Assembly (NCBI GenBank): GCA_963833555.1
Contig: CAWHYB010000007.1
Span: 468,274-532,273 of the forward strand
Length of the DNA stretch: 64,000 nt
Origin: an uncultured Actinomycetes bacterium
GTDB taxonomy: Bacteria; Actinomycetota; Thermoleophilia; UBA2241
Reading direction: 5' to 3'
Position 1 is the stretch's first letter, and each line of letters opens with the position of its first letter. This document shows positions 11,743 through 23,700 of this stretch, piece after piece. The notes below the pieces were generated by a model. It made no database searches, was not told the origin of the DNA, and worked only from the letters and a program-made list of their open reading frames with translations. Both the position numbers and the translations under genes were made by a program.

Positions 11743-12745
11743 TCAAGTGGCGGCCGGCTCGTCCTCGCGGGCTTCGGCCGGGACCGGCACGGCCGCCACG
11801 ACCTCGAGCAGCACGTCCTCGAGGATCCCGCCGGTCGATGACCGCATCGCGGGCGAGTAGCAGGCGGTGCGCCAAGCACCGCCGTGATGAGGTCCTGCAC
11901 GTCGTTCGGGGTGACGTAGTCGCGGCCGGCGAGAGCGGCAGCCGCCTGCGCGGCATGTTGCAGAGCGAGCGAGGCGCGCGGGCTGGCGCCGAGCCTCAGC
12001 GAGCGCTGTCTCGCGGGTGGCTTGGGTGATCGCCACGATGTAGCGGGCGATGTCGTCCGCGACGTGCACGGCACGGACCGCAGCGCGCGCAGCAGACAGA
12101 GTCTCCTGGCGACGGCCACGGCGCGCACCTCGGCCAGAGGGTCGCCGCGTGCGGAACCGCTCGAGCATGGCTTCTCTTCCTCAGGGCTCGGATACCCCAT
12201 GCGCAGGCAGAGCAGGAACCGATCGACCTGCGCCTCGGGCAGCGGGAAGGTCCCCTTGAGCTCGACTGGGTTCTGCGTCGCAAGCACCATGAAGGGCCGC
12301 GGCAGAGGGTGCGTGGTGCCGTCCACCGTCACCCCCCGCTCCTCCATCGCCTCCAGGAAGGCCGCCTGGGTGCGCGGCGTGGCGCGGTTGATCTCGTCCG
12401 CAAGGACGATGTTGGCGAACAGCGGGCCCGGGCGGAACTCGAACTCGTCGCGCCTTTGGTCGAAGACCATCGAGCCCGTGACGTCGGCGGGCAGCAGGTC
12501 CGCGGTGCACTGGATCCGTGAGAAGCTCAGGCCGAGGGCAGCCGAAAGCGTGCGCACCAGCAGGGTCTTGGCGACGCCGGGAACATCGTCGATCAGCACG
12601 TGTCCGTCGGCCAGCAGGGCCGACGGTGATCAGGCGCGTCTGGTCGGCCTTGCCGACGATGACGCGCCCCACCTGGTCGGCGACCGCGCGGCCCAACTCG
12701 AGCAGGCGCGGCACCGTAGGTGGGGGCGGTGGGGTCGATGCTCAC
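11743..12745 (-). CDS. MoxR-family AAA+ ATPase, frameshifted
   Basis: DVPGVAKT, RIQCTADLLPADVTG, LADEINRATPRTQAAFLEAM, ATQNP. Confidence 0.92.
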
Positions 12746-12810
12746 AATGAGCCTCCAGCGGTCGCTTGTCCGCGCGATGCTACACCAGGCGCGGCAGGCC
12801 AGCCCGACCG

Positions 12811-12861
12811 GAGGAGGAGGCGGCGGCGGCGGCGGAGGCGCTGATCGCAGGGCTGGTGTTC
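12811..12861 (+). repeat. Isolated copy of the tyrosine-integrase 3'-end repeat
   Basis: GAGGAGGAGGCGGCG...GCGCTGATCGCAGGGCTGGTGTTC (EEEAAAAAEALIAGLVF) matches the copies at 33.2-35.1 kb. Confidence 0.8.
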
Positions 12862-12914
12862 AGAGGACCGGAGACGACCACGTCAGCCTGCTCCGGCAAG
12901 AGCCGGTCCACAGG

Positions 12915-13565
12915 CCGCGCCGGTGGAGCTGTTGTCGAAGGGACCCCCGATGAGGGCGGTGTTGCCGTCTCCCGAGAGAGCGGCGCTCTCGCCGAACCAG
13001 CCGTTGCCGACCTCGTCGTTCGGAGTGAGCGTCGCCGTCTGCTGGGTCCAGGTCCCGTCCGGGGAGCGGGCCTCCACCTCGACCGAACCGCCGGAGCTGC
13101 TCGGTGCACCGACAAGAGCCGCGTTGCCGTCTTGCTCGCTCAGACGTTGAAGAAGCGGCTGAACACCCACGCGGCGCCGGTCCCGCCGGAGCCGAAGCCG
13201 GCATCCGGACCACCAACCAATGCGGTGTCACCGCCGGCCGATAGGGCGACAGCATGACCGAAACTGCCGCCCCCCGAACTCGGCGTCAGCTTCGGCCCCT
13301 GCTGCTTCCAGCCGGTGGCAGTGCGCGTGAAGACCCACACGGCGCCGAGGTTCTGGTCGTCGACAGGGCCGCCGAGGAGCAGTGTCTTGCCGTCCGCAGA
13401 AAGGGCTACCGACTGGCCGAAGCGAGGAGTGCCGGTCGCTCCGGCACCGATCAGCTTGGCCACCTGCTTGAAGTCACCAGTCGATAGTGCATGAGCGGCC
13501 GGCGCAAGCGTCACGACCAGCAGCATCCCGAGGACAAGCGGGACGAGCACGACGAGCCTCTTCAT
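12915..13565 (-). pseudogene. Secreted FG-GAP-repeat protein, C-terminally truncated
   Basis: Signal peptide MKRLVVLV..AHA; repeats FGQSVALSADGKT, FGHAVALSAGGDT, FGESAALSGDGNT; homology stops near 12915. Confidence 0.75.
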
Positions 13566-13697
13566 GGCGACACCCCCTCTGCGCCGCGAGGCGGAGGACC
13601 TCTTCAGACGCGACTCGCGACAAGCATCGGTAGGCCGCAACGATTGCTCGTCCCACGATCGCGGCTAGGATGAGGTGAGCGCGGCTAGCGGTGCGGC

Positions 13698-14156
13698 ATG
13701 GACGGCGTGATGGCGTTTCTGACGATGATGATCGGCGTGACTGTAGGGGTGAAGAACGGGCCACTCGATATGTGGCGCTCCTTTGGCCAGGCCGCCCAGA
13801 TAAGGCCTCTCGACCCGTTCGTCACGTCGCCGCTCTGGCTGGCGGCCACGATCTGCGCCTATCTGGCACTCGCTCCCTCTGTCTGTCGCGCAGCGCGAGG
13901 CAAAGCAGTCCCGCCGAACATGGCCGTTCTCCTTACGACTGCCGTCCTCGGCCTGGTCGTTGCGCTCGAACTCCTTGCGCGAGGCAGCGCCTTGCCGCTG
14001 CTGGTCTTCGTCTTGCTTGTCGCAGCCCGGGCCGCCGTGGCGCTGCGGCCCGGTCTGCGACGGATTCGCAAGGACACGACGCGCACGGCCGAGGTCGTCG
14101 ATCTGGCGCGGCGGCGCGAAGACAGAAGAGCGCGCCGTCGCGCCGGCTCACGCTAG
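13698..14156 (+). CDS. Hypothetical membrane protein
   Basis: 152-aa ORF with 3-4 hydrophobic segments; family not recognised. Confidence 0.5.
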   Translation: MDGVMAFLTMMIGVTVGVKNGPLDMWRSFGQAAQIRPLDPFVTSPLWLAATICAYLALAPSVCRAARGKAVPPNMAVLLTTAVLGLVVALELLARGSALPLLVFVLLVAARAAVALRPGLRRIRKDTTRTAEVVDLARRREDRRARRRAGSR

Positions 14157-14186
14157 AGGCGATGGGTTCTGAGCCGACCCGGGCCG

Positions 14187-15416
14187 TCACCGCTCGGTGC
14201 GCGAACGCAGCGCCCACGCCGTCCCCGGCGGCGCTGCTGCCGGGCGGGGCAGCAGGGCCGCGAGGGCAAGCACCGCCAGCGGCAGCACGGCGATCGCATA
14301 GAGCACCGCGGCCGGGCCGGCGGCATCGCCGAGCAAGCCGAGCAGCGCGACAACGAGGCCGCCGGCGCCGCTGCAGAGGCCGATCGTCAGGCCCGAGGCG
14401 AGACCCATGTGCCGCGGCAGGTACTCCTGAGCCAGCACCAGGGCGGTGCTCACGTTGGCGTTCATGGCGATACCGATGAGGACCACCAGGGGGATCATCG
14501 CGGCGTAGCCCAGGCTGGGCAGCAAGGCGATGGCCGGCACGAGCGCAAGCTGCGGAGCGAGCAGCACGAAGCGCCGCCCGAGACGCTGGGCAGCGATCGC
14601 CCCAAGCAGTGTACCGGCCGCCGCGGCGCCAAGCAGCACGCTGGTCATCAGGTTGCTCGCCGCGGGGCTCTCGCCGAGCGCGTGAAGCGCGAAGAGCGGC
14701 ACATAGATGATCAGGCCGGTCGTGACGCCGCTGGCCACGCAGTAGAGGGCGACCAGGCAAGCGAAGGGGCGCCACTCCGACTTGGCGTTCGCGGTGAGTG
14801 CCGGCATCCTGCGATCGTCCTTGGTCTCCTTGCGGAAGCGCTGCAAGGCGAGGACGACGAGGGCCGCCGTGGCCAAGGGCACGACCGCGATGAGCGGCGT
14901 GCCGTGAAGGCCGAAGGGAGTGAGGACGGCCGCCACCAACAGCGGTCCCACCGCGTAGCCGAGACCGCCGCCCACAGAGAAGACGCCCATGTTGGCGGTC
15001 ACGCGACTGCCTGAGGCGAAGCGGGCCCAGCGGGCGCCTTCGGGATGATAAGCGGCCGCGCCCACGCTGCAGACCACGGCGGCCAGCAACGTGGTCGGAT
15101 AGCTCGCGGTCCAGCCCACGGCAGCGATCCCCAGCGCAGCCAGGAGGAGCCCGACGGGCAGCAGCCAGCGAGCCTCACCACGGTCGCCGTGCGCGCCGGC
15201 GAGCGGCTGCACCAGCGCGGTCGCCAGACTGGCCACCAAGGCGAACACGCCGACCGCTCCGTAGCTGTAGTGGCGCTGCAGGGCCAGGAAGGGCGGCAGC
15301 GCCAAAAGGGCGCCCGAGCACATGTCGGCGCAGCCGTGGCCGAGGGAGAGAGCGAGGAGCGTGGTCCGCGAAGCGGGGCGGACAGTCGGTGCCAAGGTCG
15401 TTGCCCGTGATTCCAT
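14187..15416 (-). CDS. MFS transporter, Fsr (fosmidomycin resistance)-like
   Basis: LSLGHGCADM, QPLAG..GDR, AAYHPEG, FSVGG.LG, AQEYLP..GLASG. Confidence 0.85.
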   Translation of the reverse strand: MESRATTLAPTVRPASRTTLLALSLGHGCADMCSGALLALPPFLALQRHYSYGAVGVFALVASLATALVQPLAGAHGDRGEARWLLPVGLLLAALGIAAVGWTASYPTTLLAAVVCSVGAAAYHPEGARWARFASGSRVTANMGVFSVGGGLGYAVGPLLVAAVLTPFGLHGTPLIAVVPLATAALVVLALQRFRKETKDDRRMPALTANAKSEWRPFACLVALYCVASGVTTGLIIYVPLFALHALGESPAASNLMTSVLLGAAAAGTLLGAIAAQRLGRRFVLLAPQLALVPAIALLPSLGYAAMIPLVVLIGIAMNANVSTALVLAQEYLPRHMGLASGLTIGLCSGAGGLVVALLGLLGDAAGPAAVLYAIAVLPLAVLALAALLPRPAAAPPGTAWALRSRTER

Positions 15417-15605
15417 CTCACCGGACTCTAGCACCCTAGCGGCAGCAAGGCCGCCGCGACGACGTGTCGCACTCGCCGGCTGCCGCTCACCGACGCTCAT
15501 GAAGTGACCGGTTCTGCCGCTATCATGGAACGCGGATCGAAGAACGTGCAGCACTTTCACTCCGCACGGCGAGCCAGACTGATCGCCACAGGACAAGGAG
15601 CACCA

Positions 15606-16595
15606 ATGGACGCACGCAAGCTGGGCAAGACCGACGTCGAGGTCTCCCCGATCGGTCTCGGCTGCTGGCAGTTCTCGCAGGGCAAGAACATGACCGGGCG
15701 CATGTGGTCGGTCCTCGACCAGGGGACGATGGACGCGGTCGTGGACGCGGCGCTCGACGGGCGGGGTCACCTGGTTCGACACCGCCCAGGCCTACGGCAA
15801 CGGCGCCTCCGAGCGCGCCCTCAGCGCCGCCCTTCAGCACCGCGGCGTTGAGCCCGGCACGGTCGTGGTCGCCACGAAGTGGCTGCCCATCGCCAAGCCG
15901 GCGCGCGACATCCCGCGCACGATCGGCACGCGCATCGCGTGCCTGCAGCCCTACCCCATCGACCTCTTCCAGGTGCACTCGCCCGGGAGCCTCTCGTCGA
16001 TCCCGGCGCAGATGCGCGAGATGGCGAAGCTGGTGCGCGCCGGCACGGTGCGCGCCGTCGGCGTCTCCAACTTCTCGGCCAAGCAGATGGCGCAGGCCGC
16101 CGCGGCCTTGCGGGACGAAGGACTCACCCTCGCCACGCAACCAGGTGCGCATCAACCTGCTCGACCGCCGCGTCGAGTCCAACGGGGTGCTCGCCGCCGC
16201 GCAAGGGCTGGGCGTCACGCTGATCGCCTACTCGCCGCTCGCCCAGGGCGTGCTCACGGGGCGCTACCACGACGATCCGGCGCTCGCCCGCGCGCTGCCC
16301 TGGGGACGCCGCTCGCGCCTCAGCCCCTCGAGCCGCTTCCTCACGCCCGAGGGCCTGCGCGCGCACGGCGCCGCTGATCGCCGAGCTGCGCGCGGTCGGC
16401 GAGGCGCACGGCGCGTCGGTGGCGCAGGTCGCTCTGGCCTGGCTCGTGACCCACTACGGCGACACGGTCGTCGCCATCCCCGGCGCCTCGCGGCCGGAGC
16501 AGGCGACGGCGGCCGCGGCGGCCATGGACCTGCGTCTGACGGAGGCCGAGATGGCGAGCATCGACAGGATCTCAGCAGCGGTCGCGAGGCGCTAG
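15606..16595 (+). CDS. Aldo/keto reductase, frameshifted
   Basis: LGKTDVEVSPIGLGCW, DTAQAYG, ATKW, IDLFQVH, AVGVSNF, AYSPLAQG. Confidence 0.9.
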
Positions 16596-16607
16596 AAGCT
16601 CAGAGTC

Positions 16608-17829
16608 GTGACGCAGGAACCTAGACCGGCCCGCTATCGCGACGTCTTCCGCATCGCGGAGTTTCGCGCCGTCTTTGTCGCGCACGTCGTCTCCATGCTC
16701 GGCAACACGATCGCCGCGGTCGCCATGACCGTCTTGGTCTACGCGAAGACGGGCTCGCCGGCATTGGCCGCCCTGACCTTCAGTTCGGCCTTTGTGCCGT
16801 ATCTGTTCGGCGGCACCCTGCTGTCATCTGTGGTCGACCGCTTGCCCGCCCGCCGGGTGCTGGTCGGCTGCAACCTGGCGAGCGCCCTTGTGGTCGGCGT
16901 GATGGCGGTCTTCGCATTGCCCGTCTGGGCGCTGCTCGGACTGCTCTTCGTGCTGGGCCTGATCGCCCCGGTGTTCTCCGGTGTACGGGCAGCGACCCTC
17001 ACCGACATCCTCGGCGACGGGCCGGCCTTCATCCTCGGCCGCTCGCTGATCCGCCTCGTGGCCCAAGTCAGCCAGGTCGCCGGCAACCTCGCCGGCGGCC
17101 TCGTGCTGCTCGCCTTCTCGCCGCGCGCCACACTGGGTTTCGACGCCGCGGCCTTCGCCCTCTCGGCGCTGCTGCTGCGGCTGGGCACCCGTGCGCGACC
17201 ACGGCGCGTGTCGGGAAGCGAACTCTCCTTGCTGCGCGACTCACTCTCCGGGCTGCGCGAGGTGTTCGCCCAGCCGCTGCTCGGACGGCTCTTCGCCTTC
17301 GGCTGGTTGCTGCCGGCCTGCACGGCGGCACCAGAGGCACTGGCGGCGCCCTACGTCCACGGCATCGGCCGCGCAGCGGGCGCCGTGGGCCTCTACCTGG
17401 CCGGCTTGCCTGCCGGCACGGCTCTCGGCGACCTCTGGGTCGCGCGCACCGGCTCCGCCGAGACGCAGCGACGACTGGTCGTGCCCGGCGCCCTGCTCAC
17501 CTGCCTACCGCTGCTGGCCTTCCTCTGGCAGCCCGGACTGGCCGGGGCGGTCGCCCTGCTGTTTCTGGCCGGACTGGGCAGCGCCTACATGCCGGGCTAC
17601 GACCAGACCTTGCTGTCGGCGAGCGACGAGCGGCTTCGCGGCCGCACGCTGGCCACCCAGACGGCCGGGTTGATGTTCGCGCAGGGAGTCGGCTTCGCTC
17701 TCTGGGGCCTGATCGCCGAGTTCGCCGCACCGCGGCTCGTCATCGCTCGCCGCGGCCTGTGGGCTCGTGGTGGTCGCCGCGTGGCGACCCCGCCGCGTCC
17801 GCGCTGGGGAGACGAGCGCGTTGGCGTAG
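16608..17829 (+). CDS. MFS transporter (3' end frameshifted, end approximate)
   Basis: YRDVFRIAEFRAVF, VVDRLPARRVLV, about 12 TM, RLRGR. Confidence 0.82.
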
Positions 17830-18055
17830 GCACAGTCGCTGTTCCGCGGTCGCGACCGTCGAAAGCCGCATGTGCCAGTTCTACTGCCAGTGTGCGCGAC
17901 GAGAGGGAGCCCGGTGCTCTGATCTCTGAGAGCCGGTCGGCGGCCAGACGCCTCCCGCAAAGCAGAGGCGTCCTCGTATCAGGAGCCAACGCCCGCCCCC
18001 TCGCCAGACCGCACCGCGGTTTCGGTCGCGGGCAAGGGCACGTGCTGCCCGCGCG

Positions 18056-19526
18056 TCAGCGAGGCGAGCGCGCCCGACGAGGGCGAGCCCGGCGCCCGTC
18101 AACATCGCGTAGCGGTAGCCGTGCGCGTAGTGATGCAGCACGATAGGCGGCGGCCGCCAGCGCGGCAGCGCGGCTCTGGCCGGGCACCGGCGTGCCCAGG
18201 GTCAGCAGCAGGCGACCGCCCGCCGGCCCCAGAGTGCTCGCCGCGATGCCGCCCAGGACGGCCACGCTGAGCGCCTGCCCGGTGACTCGCATGGTGCCGA
18301 CGAAGGCGCTCGCCAACCCGAGCTGCCGCTTCTCCACGCTGCCCATGATGGCGCTCATGTTGGGGGCGCTGAAGGCGGCCATGCCGAGCCCGACGACCGC
18401 CGAGACTGGCCATGACCCGCAGCGAGCCCCGAGGAGGTCGGCATCGTCGCCAGCAGCAGCATGCCGAGCGCCACGATGACCATGCCGCCGCTGGCGAGCA
18501 GCCGCGAGCCGACCCTGTCGCTCAGGCGTCCGCTGAAGGGGCTCAGGGCGGCCATCACGGCCGGCTCGGCGAGCATCAGCCAGCCGGTGAGGCCCGCCGA
18601 GCGCCCCTGCACGACCTCGAGGTAGACCGCCGTCAGGATGCGTGATCGCGCCGAGCGCCATGTAGTTGAGCAGGGCGGCGGTGTTGGCGGCCGCGAAGAG
18701 GCGGTTGTGAAAGAGCAGGTCGAGGTCGAGCAGGGGATCGGCCGCGCGCCGCTCGACGAAGATGAAGGCCGCCAGGCCGACGGCGGCGACGGCGAGCAGG
18801 CCCAGGGTGCGCGGCGACGTCCAGCCCCACTGCGCGGCGAAGGTCAGCGGCACCAGCAGGCAGACGAGGGTCAGAGCCCCCAGAGACCTGTCCCGAGGGG
18901 GTCGGGGCGCATGGCCCGCTCGTCGCCGCGCTTCGTGGCGCGGCAGAAGCAGGTAGCCGCAGGCCGCGACGGCGATGCCGATGGGCAGGTTGACGAGGAA
19001 GATCGAGCGCCAGCCGAAGTGGTCGGTGAGGAAGCCGCCCAGCGGCGGCCCCACGCTCAGAGCCGAGGTAGACCGCCATGACGTTGATGCCCAGGGCGCG
19101 GCCCCGCTCCTGGGGCGGGAAGACGGCCGTGACGATCGCCGCCGAGGTGGCCACGAGCAGCGCCGCGCCGGCTCCCTGCACGGCGCGACTGGCGATGAGC
19201 CAGGTCACGTTCATGCTGAGCGCCGAGAAGAGCGAGCCGACGGTGAAGATCGACGATGCCGGCCAGGTAGTAGTGCACGCGGCCCGCGCTGGTCGGCCAG
19301 GCGCCCCAGCGGGATGAGGAGCACCGCCATGACGAGCAGATAGGCCGCCTGGACCCAGATCGAGGCGGTGAAGCTCAGGTGCAGACTGCGGCCCATCTTG
19401 GGCAGCGCCACCGACGACGATGGAGCCGTCGAGCGGGCCCATGAAGGCGCCCACCGAGGTCAGGGCGAGCAGTTGCCAGCGTCGCGCGTAGAGCTGCTCG
19501 GGGCTGATGCGGCTGATCAGGGGCAC
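18056..19526 (-). CDS. MFS transporter, DHA2-like, frameshifted; probably leaderless
   Basis: GAFMGPLDGSIV, GRLAD, RAVQGAGAA, QERGRALG; TATACT -10 lies 6 nt before the GTG. Confidence 0.85.
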
Positions 19527-19599
19527 GAAAGCAGTATAACGCGAGTGACAATGTGGCATTGACTCACCGCCATGCACGCGACTCGATGGTAGCTGTCCC

Positions 19600-19718
19600 A
19601 CCCACCGCGGCCCGTCGTCCCAGCCGACGATGATGTTGCCGGTGCCCGAGGTGCCGCTCGTGTCCGTTCGCCCCGAGCCCGAGAGAAGTGCAAACGGGCC
19701 ACGCCGTGACTGGACCAA
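19600..19718 (-). pseudogene. Fragment of a Gly-rich surface/tail-like protein
   Basis: SGSGRTDTSGTSGTGNIIVGWD resembles the SGSGxTD...GxGNLIVGY pattern; no complete ORF. Confidence 0.35.
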
Positions 19719-19883
19719 GGACCGCTGCCACGCCAGGGGGAGTGTCGAGCCTCCGACCCAGGCTTCCCGCCCCTGCGTCTCTTCACCCTCATCGCTACGG
19801 TGATCGAGGGAGTCTACCTGGCCGAGATGGCAGCCGTGACGGCGACCCCGTTCTTCCTCTTCAGCGACGGCTCACCGTGACGA

Positions 19884-20140
19884 TCATTGCGAGGCGAGGT
19901 TCACCTTCGTCGGTGTCGTCCTGTTCACCGTGTCGCCCAGGCCGAGCTGCCCAAGGCCGTTGTGGCCCCAGGGCCAGAGCGTGTCGTTCGTCTTCGGTGC
20001 GAGGCTGAAGAAGTCGCCGCAGGCCACCGTTGCCCAGGTGGAGGCGCTGCCCACGCGTCGGCCGAGTCCTCTTCGAGAGATCGCCCAGGCCGAGCTGGCC
20101 GCCACCGTTCTCACCCCAGGACCAGAGCGTGCCGGCGGCA
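19884..20140 (-). pseudogene. RCC1-repeat protein 3' fragment
   Basis: TLWSWGENGGGQLGLGD...WATVACGDFFSLA...TLWPWGHNGLGQLGLGDTVNRTTPTKV; no 5' part. Confidence 0.8.
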
Positions 20141-20318
20141 GCGTTTCGTTCCAGTCTTCTGCGCCGTCGCCAACCGGGCCTGGAGAGTTGGACTGCCGGA
20201 CCGCGAGACCGCACTTGAGAAGGCATGAATGCCCCATTGCGTAGAGGCATCGCATCGGCCCGACGCGAGGTACTGTCAGCTACGTAGTAAATACGTTGAT
20301 TTGCAGGGAAGAATACGC

Positions 20319-20347
20319 TTGACATTGCTCGCACGGGGACCTATACA
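20319..20347 (+). promoter_or_regulatory. Sigma70-type promoter
   Basis: TTGACA-N17-TATACA preceded by an AT-rich tract. Confidence 0.7.
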
Positions 20348-20718
20348 GCTGTCCTCACGTCGGTGACGAGACGCAGCGCGGTTCGGGCAGAAGGGGTTCA
20401 CCACAAGCAGACCAGTGCGGCTGCTTCTCCATGTCTCCCTGTTCGCGATCGCGCGTCACGCGACGCCAAGCAAGGGAAGGGGAGCCGCCTCTGGGACATT
20501 CGACCAACCCGACTCACGGAGCATCCGGTCGCTCTGGTACCGAACCGTTCTCCATTCTCTGCTCGACGTCCGACCTGCTCCCACGAGTTCGCGTCAGAGC
20601 CGACCAGACAAGGGGGTCCATGGAGTAAGCGAGCCGTCTCTCTTGCACCGCGGCCGCTGTGCGACACGCACTCCTGAGCTTGTCCGCACGACCGCCCGAT
20701 CCCAGTGAAGGAGTCATC

Positions 20719-23700
20719 ATGCGCAAAGTGGTTATCGACGCTGCTGGCACTCGGGTTCTGACGCTCGTCGTCGTAGCGCCGGCACTAGCCGACCCATTGT
20801 CGCCACCATGGAACGGCCAACCTGTGTCGCCCGGCATCGGGCCCACCTACGGCGAGACCTTGGCCGGTACCTGTCCCCTCCACCGAGGCGGTCTCCAACC
20901 TCCAGGGTCCACCGCACGATTCGTCGACCCTGGCGGTGATGCCGTACGTCGACATCGCCCCCGAGCTGGCCAAGTTCCAGGCGGAGGCGAAGGCGGCGCA
21001 CCTGCCCGACCGCATGACCTGGTGGGTATCGGGTAAGTCGGCCGGCGGCCGCGACATGTACGCGGTCGTCATCAACGATCTCGAGACGGCCGCCCAGCGG
21101 CGCGACTACTCGCGCTGGCAGAGTCCTGCGCGTCGATCGAGCTGACCGATCCCAGCCTGGCGCAGCAGGCTTCGCCGCTGGGAGCGACAACGTCAAGATG
21201 CCCGATCTACGTCGAGGCCGACATCAACGGCAACGAGTACGAGGGCACCGACGCCATGATGCAGGTCATCCGTGACCTGACCGAGACGCGCTACGGCCAG
21301 AACGCGACGGTCGACAAGCTGCTCGATCACGCGATCCTCGTGGTCGTGCCGACCTCCAACCCCGACGGTCGCGTGATGGGCACCCGCGGCAATGGCGGCG
21401 GCGCCAACAACGTGCCCGGCGTGGCCGACACCAACCGCGACTACTTCTCTGCAGTCCCAGCCCGAGGAGCAGATCGACTCGGCCATGCAGCAGGAGTGAC
21501 TTGGCGACGGGCGCCCTGCACCTGCACGGCTACGAGCGGCCCATGCTGGTCGACGGCGACACGAAGCCCCTCAACCCCGGGCACAGACGCCGTCAACTAC
21601 TACACGTGGAACACGAAGCGGGTCACGCAGACCAAGGCCGACTTCGCCGCCGCCGGCATGGGGCTTCAGAGCCCCGTACTTGATTGGAACGCGAGCGGCA
21701 ACTTCCCGACGACCTACACCATCGCCACCGCCCCCGGTGGCGCGACCGAGTCGGGCACGACCGCTACGATCACCACGACCGCGTCGAACAGCTCGCAGAT
21801 AAGCGTGGGCTATACGGTCGTCATCTCCGGTGTCGCGGAGGCGGGCTACAACGGCACCTTCGTGGTCACCGGCAAGCCCTCGAGCACGACCTTCACCTAC
21901 ACTGCGGCCACCTCGGGCCTCCCCGCCTCCGGCGGCGGCACGGCGGTCAGTCCCGCGGGACCGTCGTACGCCCAGACCTGGGACGGCTGGGGACCCTTCT
22001 ACGGCCAGACCTACATGGAGTTCCTCGGCGTCGACAGCTCCACCTCCGAGATGGACGACTCCACCGCCGACGGCGGCCGTCTGACCGCCAAGACAGGGCA
22101 GTACCTCAACTTCTACTCGTCGGCCAACTACTGGCTCGACAACCGTCAGGCCATGATGAGCGACCAGCTCAAGATGTTCCTGAACGGCGTCGCGAATGCG
22201 CCGACGGATATGAACGCCTTCGCCGACAGCCCGTACCTCACGGGCCTGGGCTTCACGGACTACGCCAACAATTGGATGGTCCAGTATCCGACGGCCTACA
22301 TCATCCCGTTCGGGGCGGGTCAGCGCAGTGACGCCGAGGCCAACCGCCTCGTCCAGTGGCTGCTCCACAACGGCGTCCAGGTGCAGGTGGCGAAGAAGGA
22401 CTTCACCTGGAACGGGCACGACCTACCAGGCGGGCTCCTACATCGTGTCGATGAGCCAGGCGCTACGCGACATCGCCTGGAACGCGCTCGCCGCCGGCAC
22501 CGACATCGAGAGCAAGATCACCATCCTCTACGCGTCGCCCGCCGCCTGGAGCCACGGGCTCCTGTGGGGCGCCGACACGGTCGAGGTGCCGCGCGGCGAC
22601 ACGACCTTCGCGCCGAAGACCAGGCTGGTCATGGCGCCCAACACTCTCGACCGGCGGCATCGCGGCGGCGTCAAGGCGCGGGCCAACTGGTACGCCGTGA
22701 CCCTGAAGGGCGTCCACGAGGATCAGGCGATCCTCGGCGTCCTGCGCAGTGGCATCCACGGCGGCATGGCCGAGACGTCGCTTCACGAGCACGACGGGCG
22801 GCACGATGCCGGCCGGCATCGCTCGTCTTCGCGGCCAACGCCACCGCCGCCGCTCGCGCTCGACGCCGCCGGCAAGCAGTCCGGCATGTGTCGAGCGCAG
22901 CGTGGCACCAGCGCCCAGCCGCAGACCACGCCGGTCGACGAGGACCCGAAGGTCGCGATGCTGGTCAGCAGCGTGCCTAACCCGGCCGGCTCGAACGCCG
23001 ACTCGGCCGGCGTGCCTGAACATCCTCTTCGGTTCCGACGCCCAGTACGTGGCCACCGTGACTGGAGCGGACTCGCTCGAGAACTCGACGACCGATCCGC
23101 TCGCCGGCGAAAGCGTCATCTACAACATCGGCGCCGCCTGGCCCGGCACTCGTCCACATCGCGGCCTCGTCGACAACGGGCGCCACCGAGACCGACAACA
23201 CCGTCACGATCACGACCACCAGCACGGCAACAATCTGGCGGTCGGCGCCAGCGTCACCATCGCGGGCGTCGGCGCGTCCGGCTACAACGGCACCTTCCAG
23301 GTGAGCGGCGATCGACTCGACGACCAAGTTCGAGTACACGAACACGACCTCCGGGCCTCGCGAACGGGGGCAATCCGAATCGCGGCAATGCGACCGCGAC
23401 CGGTGCCACCAGAACCCGGTCGCGCAGAGCCGGCTCCATGACTTCGTCGCCGGGGGCGGTGGCTACATCGCCGCCAACGCGTCGACGAACAACTTCTCGT
23501 TCCTGAACGCCAGCGGTCTCGTGATCGGGCACACTCACGCAGGCCAGCCAGAACGCCTACGGCGGCATCGCGCAGTGGGTCAACGAAGGTGGCACGAACA
23601 GCCCGATCTCGGGCGCCTACCCGGGCATCGACTTCATGTTCCTGCCGTCGAACACGACCTACTTCAGCGCCCTGCCGAACGGAGCGATGGTCGACGGCCG

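Noticed and set aside
10521-12599. 692-aa MoxR-DUF58 fusion in the ORF track
   Set aside because: Artefact of indels in moxR; DUF58 has its own RBS and start at 11729.
20530-20548. TGGTACCG as a T-box antiterminator
   Set aside because: Flanking helices and the stem I AG/GA motifs are not recognisable, and the downstream gene is not amino-acid related.
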